A stretch of 64,000 nucleotides of DNA, taken from the NCBI GenBank assembly GCA_026707815.1, contig JAPOWB010000008.1:62230-126229 (forward strand). The letters run 5' to 3'. Below, piece after piece: positions 60,886-64,000 of the stretch (within the stretch, counting starts at the first letter, position 1; every line of letters begins with the position of its first letter). The translations under genes were made by a program, and so were the position numbers. This DNA is from Candidatus Saccharimonadota bacterium (GTDB lineage Bacteria > Patescibacteriota > Saccharimonadia > Saccharimonadales > VXPC01). The notes beneath the pieces are model-generated. The model saw only the letters and a list, made by a program, of their open reading frames with translations. It ran no database searches and was not told the origin of the DNA.

Positions 60886-61920
60886 CTAAATTACCTGCCT
60901 TTCAGCTAAGCCCGTTGCCACAGCAAAATTGACTGACAAATCCCTTAATTCTTCTCTCATTCGAGGTGGATAAACAATATTCTGCCAAGAATTGCCAATT
61001 TCAACAGGCAGATTGATCGCCGAAGCAAGATACTCAATAAATCCAGGAACATAAACGATATCGCCCCAAAGAGTAATTTTTTCTAAATTATGATGAGTAT
61101 AACGATTAATAAAATAATCTGTGGCTTTATTAAGATTGATGATTAATAATTCTAAACTTTTAATAATTCTTGAATGAAGCTCAGGCTGACTCTTCTGATC
61201 TCTGAGACCGACTTGGAAAATTAATTGCTGGTTCTGAATTTGATCGCCATGCAGGGTATTTTCTACGGCTCGCATAATAGAAGCTAAACCAATTGGAATA
61301 GCCGATATCAATCTAGGTTGATTATGTACACTAATAACTATATCTGTATGACGAAAACCAACATCAACCAGTAAGCTAGCTTGAGAAGTGTTATTGGCAA
61401 TAGCTCTATTTAAAGCCAACCCATCCGGTTCAAAAGCTAAAACATTCAATTTAATACTCTCAAGCATCTCTAATCTAGCCTGAGCGTATTGGCTATTAAC
61501 CGAACAGATGAAAACACTTTTCTTTTTAGTTGGTGTCTTAGTCTGTTTATCTAAAACATCCCAAGCAATTTGTGAATCATCTCCTTGGGGTACAATGGTA
61601 TTAGCTTGAAATTTCAACATTTTTTTCAAATTTGAAGCTGAATTGACTTCAAATTCTTGAACAGTTGAATAAATCTTGTTATTAGGTAAGCCGACTACAA
61701 CATTTCCAGTGCTAATCTGAAAAGTTCTTAAAGTTTCTCGTATTTTCTGAGCTAGACGACGTAAACTTGCATCATCATTTTTATCAGAAAGATAATGTTC
61801 AATCGGCATCTTACCATACCTAAAGAGAGCTTTAGGATGTTGTTTACCTTTGAGTTGGACAACTCGTATAGCTGTTGTGCCGATATCTAAACCAAAAAAG
61901 TCTGAAAACCCACCTAGCAT
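60886..61920 (-). CDS. pilM: Type IV pilus assembly protein PilM
   Basis: FGLDIGTTAIRVVQL, LVDVG and FAVATGLA motifs. Confidence 0.92.
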   Translation of the reverse strand: MLGGFSDFFGLDIGTTAIRVVQLKGKQHPKALFRYGKMPIEHYLSDKNDDASLRRLAQKIRETLRTFQISTGNVVVGLPNNKIYSTVQEFEVNSASNLKKMLKFQANTIVPQGDDSQIAWDVLDKQTKTPTKKKSVFICSVNSQYAQARLEMLESIKLNVLAFEPDGLALNRAIANNTSQASLLVDVGFRHTDIVISVHNQPRLISAIPIGLASIMRAVENTLHGDQIQNQQLIFQVGLRDQKSQPELHSRIIKSLELLIINLNKATDYFINRYTHHNLEKITLWGDIVYVPGFIEYLASAINLPVEIGNSWQNIVYPPRMREELRDLSVNFAVATGLAERQVI

Positions 61921-62029
61921 AATAATTATTTAAAGAATACTACAATAGTATAACTTACTTCAATATGATTCCATCAAAACTAGAGTATAATGAAAATGCT
62001 TTACTTATCTGTTTTAAGAACTTGAAAAT

Positions 62030-63076
62030 ATGTCTCTCAGTATCGGTCTGGTAGGATTACCAAATGCCGGCAAATCAACTCTCTTTAATGCTTTGACTTG
62101 TCAAGAAGTTCTCATGGCAGATTACCCCTTTGCCACCATAGAACCCCATTATGGTATTGTGGCTATCCCTGATTTAAGATTAAAAGTTTTAGCCAATATA
62201 TTTAACAGCTCTAAAATTACTCCAGCAACTATAGAATTTATTGATATTGCTGGGCTTATTAAAGGAGCTCACCAAGGAGAAGGATTGGGCAATCAATTTC
62301 TCAACCATATCCGACAAACCAGTCTAATAGCTCAAATAGTTGGAGTTTTTAATCAGAATAACATCGCCGAAGACTTAGAAATTGTTCGATTAGAGCTAAT
62401 GTTAGCTGATAACCAGAGTTTAACGAGACATCAAGATAAAATTCAAAAAAATGCACGAACTGATAAACAACTGGCTAAAGTTCTAGAAATCCTCCAACTG
62501 GCTAAGGCTGAATTAGATCAAGAAATCTGGCTTTATGATAGTCCTCATCGTTTATTGTATTTAGAACATTTAAATTATTTAAATCTTTTAACTTTGAAAC
62601 CAACTGTAGCAGTGATTAATTACCAGAATTCTCAAGAACAACGAATAGACTACCAGAGCTTGGAGACTAAAAAAATTCCCTTAATTTGTTTAGATGCCAA
62701 ACTGGAGCTGGAAATTAGTCAATTACAATCTGAAGATCAAGCCTTCTTTTTAAAGGAATACAATTTAAGGGAAACTGGCTTGGATCGTCTAGCTAGACTA
62801 TGTTTTGAAACTTTAAATTTGCAAACCTTTCTAACTGCTGGTCAAAAAGAAACCAGAGCTTGGATTATTCCATCTAATTGCCCGGCTCCTGAAGCAGCTG
62901 GAATTATTCATAGTGATATGCAAACGGGTTTTATTGCCGTTGATGTCATTAATTATTCCGATTTAATTAAATTTAAATCTTGGTCTTTGGCTAAAAGCTC
63001 TGGAGTTTGTCGGACAGAAGGTAAAAATTACTTAATGAAAACAGATGATGTAGTTGAATTTAAATTCAATCTTTAA
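62030..63076 (+). CDS. ychF: Redox-regulated ATPase YchF
   Basis: GLVGLPNAGKSTLFNALT, YPFATIEP and GEGLGNQFL motifs. Confidence 0.96.
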   Translation: MSLSIGLVGLPNAGKSTLFNALTCQEVLMADYPFATIEPHYGIVAIPDLRLKVLANIFNSSKITPATIEFIDIAGLIKGAHQGEGLGNQFLNHIRQTSLIAQIVGVFNQNNIAEDLEIVRLELMLADNQSLTRHQDKIQKNARTDKQLAKVLEILQLAKAELDQEIWLYDSPHRLLYLEHLNYLNLLTLKPTVAVINYQNSQEQRIDYQSLETKKIPLICLDAKLELEISQLQSEDQAFFLKEYNLRETGLDRLARLCFETLNLQTFLTAGQKETRAWIIPSNCPAPEAAGIIHSDMQTGFIAVDVINYSDLIKFKSWSLAKSSGVCRTEGKNYLMKTDDVVEFKFNL

Positions 63077-63800
63077 GTATGGGTTTTAAAAGATAGAATC
63101 TTTCTCTATTGCCCTTCAATCCTAAGACTTCTGAATCTATTTTAGATTCAATATGACAATTCTGATTCTTTAACCATCTCTCCAAATCTTGAAAAATTTG
63201 ACGGCGATAGGTATCATTTTTAACTATTCCCTTATTAAGATAGGTCTTCGAAGCTTCAAATTGGGGTTTAATCAAAATTAAAAGTTGAGTTTCAGATTTG
63301 CAAAAACTTAACAAACTTAACCAAATTTTTTTAATGCTAATGAAAGAAACATCAACTAAAATGATATCTGGTAAATCCAAATCTTCAGGCCAGTTAAACG
63401 ACCTGATATCTTGTTTCGGGAAAGCTCTAATTCGTTTAGATTTCAATAAGTTCTCGGCTAACAATTGACTGCCGACATCAATGGCAATAATTATTTTGGC
63501 TTGAGCTTTTAAACAGTAATCAGTAAAACCACCTTGATGAGCTCCGACATCAAGGATAATCTGATTGGCAAAAGAGATTGGAAGTTTAGAAACAACAGAA
63601 GCTAATTTATACCCCCCTCGAGAAGCATATATTTGATCTAGTAATTGAACTTGGGGTTTGGGGTTTTGTAAATTAACTCTGAAACTTGGCTTATCAATAA
63701 TTTTTTGGTTAAGTTGAACTTGTTGACGTCTAATTAAATCAGCAGCTTGGTGCCTAGATTTAACTACCTTTTTAACAACTAGATAATCATCTAGGCGCAT
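63066..63800 (-). CDS. tlyA: TlyA family rRNA methyltransferase
   Basis: MRLDDYLV S4 domain, YASRGGYKL, DVSFIS, LIKPQFE and GNRE motifs. Confidence 0.92.
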   Translation of the reverse strand: MRLDDYLVVKKVVKSRHQAADLIRRQQVQLNQKIIDKPSFRVNLQNPKPQVQLLDQIYASRGGYKLASVVSKLPISFANQIILDVGAHQGGFTDYCLKAQAKIIIAIDVGSQLLAENLLKSKRIRAFPKQDIRSFNWPEDLDLPDIILVDVSFISIKKIWLSLLSFCKSETQLLILIKPQFEASKTYLNKGIVKNDTYRRQIFQDLERWLKNQNCHIESKIDSEVLGLKGNRERFYLLKPILKD

Positions 63801-64000
63801 CTTCTTGAAGACAATCTTTTTGTCGTTCACGATAAGCTCCTGTCAATGTATCTATAGAGATGATATCTTCACACTCAATAAAATTTGGGACTTTAACCCT
63901 TAAACCCGTTTCTAGACAGACTTCCTTGGAGACATTATTAGCAGTATTGCCCTTAACGACAGTGTCAGCTTGAATAACCTTCAGAGCAACATTTTTAGGT
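63787..64000 (-). CDS. efp: Elongation factor P, 3' part (runs off the window end)
   Basis: Hand-translated VKGNTANNVSKEVCLETGLRVKVPNFI...IDTLTGAYRER. Confidence 0.88.
   Translation of the reverse strand, partial: PKNVALKVIQADTVVKGNTANNVSKEVCLETGLRVKVPNFIECEDIISIDTLTGAYRERQKDCLQEDAPR

Noticed and set aside
1-64000. CRISPR array, rRNA genes or oriC
   Set aside because: No regularly spaced repeats, rRNA signatures or DnaA-box cluster seen by eye (only one isolated TTATACACA near 49496).

Overview
AT-rich (roughly one-third GC by eye) chromosomal window using the standard genetic code. Gene content and order point to a Patescibacteria/CPR bacterium, probably Saccharibacteria-like (inference). 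Core genes include gyrBA, infC-rpmI-rplT, rnpB, thrS, miaA, nrdR, ndk, uppP, ychF, tlyA, partial efp, five tRNAs and a type IV pilus operon (pilM-N-O-[P]-insert-pilB-pilT-pilC). The standout is the first 12.8 kb, which holds five type IV pilin sequences. One complete prepilin gene (1880-2509, with promoter, RBS and ATG) shares the site ATAACCCCAAGATATC(A/C)GG, located inside its cleavable leader, with three start-less pilin cassettes (525-1210 on -, 5986-6581 on +, 12562-12737 on +, truncated). The - cassette and the expressed gene form a perfect 79-bp inverted repeat around a 742-bp promoter+leader segment. This looks like a shufflon-like pilin switch that would swap the whole mature pilin; no recombinase gene is visible in the window. 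The cassettes are interleaved with paralogous AAA+ ATPases, a DprA-like gene and toxin-antitoxin modules. A second accessory tract runs from tRNA-Asp (34.5 kb) to tRNA-Arg (51 kb) and carries att-like repeats, TA modules, a seven-MerR-HTH protein, an amber-interrupted DHH fusion gene and a DUF3800 gene with a downstream structured RNA candidate.
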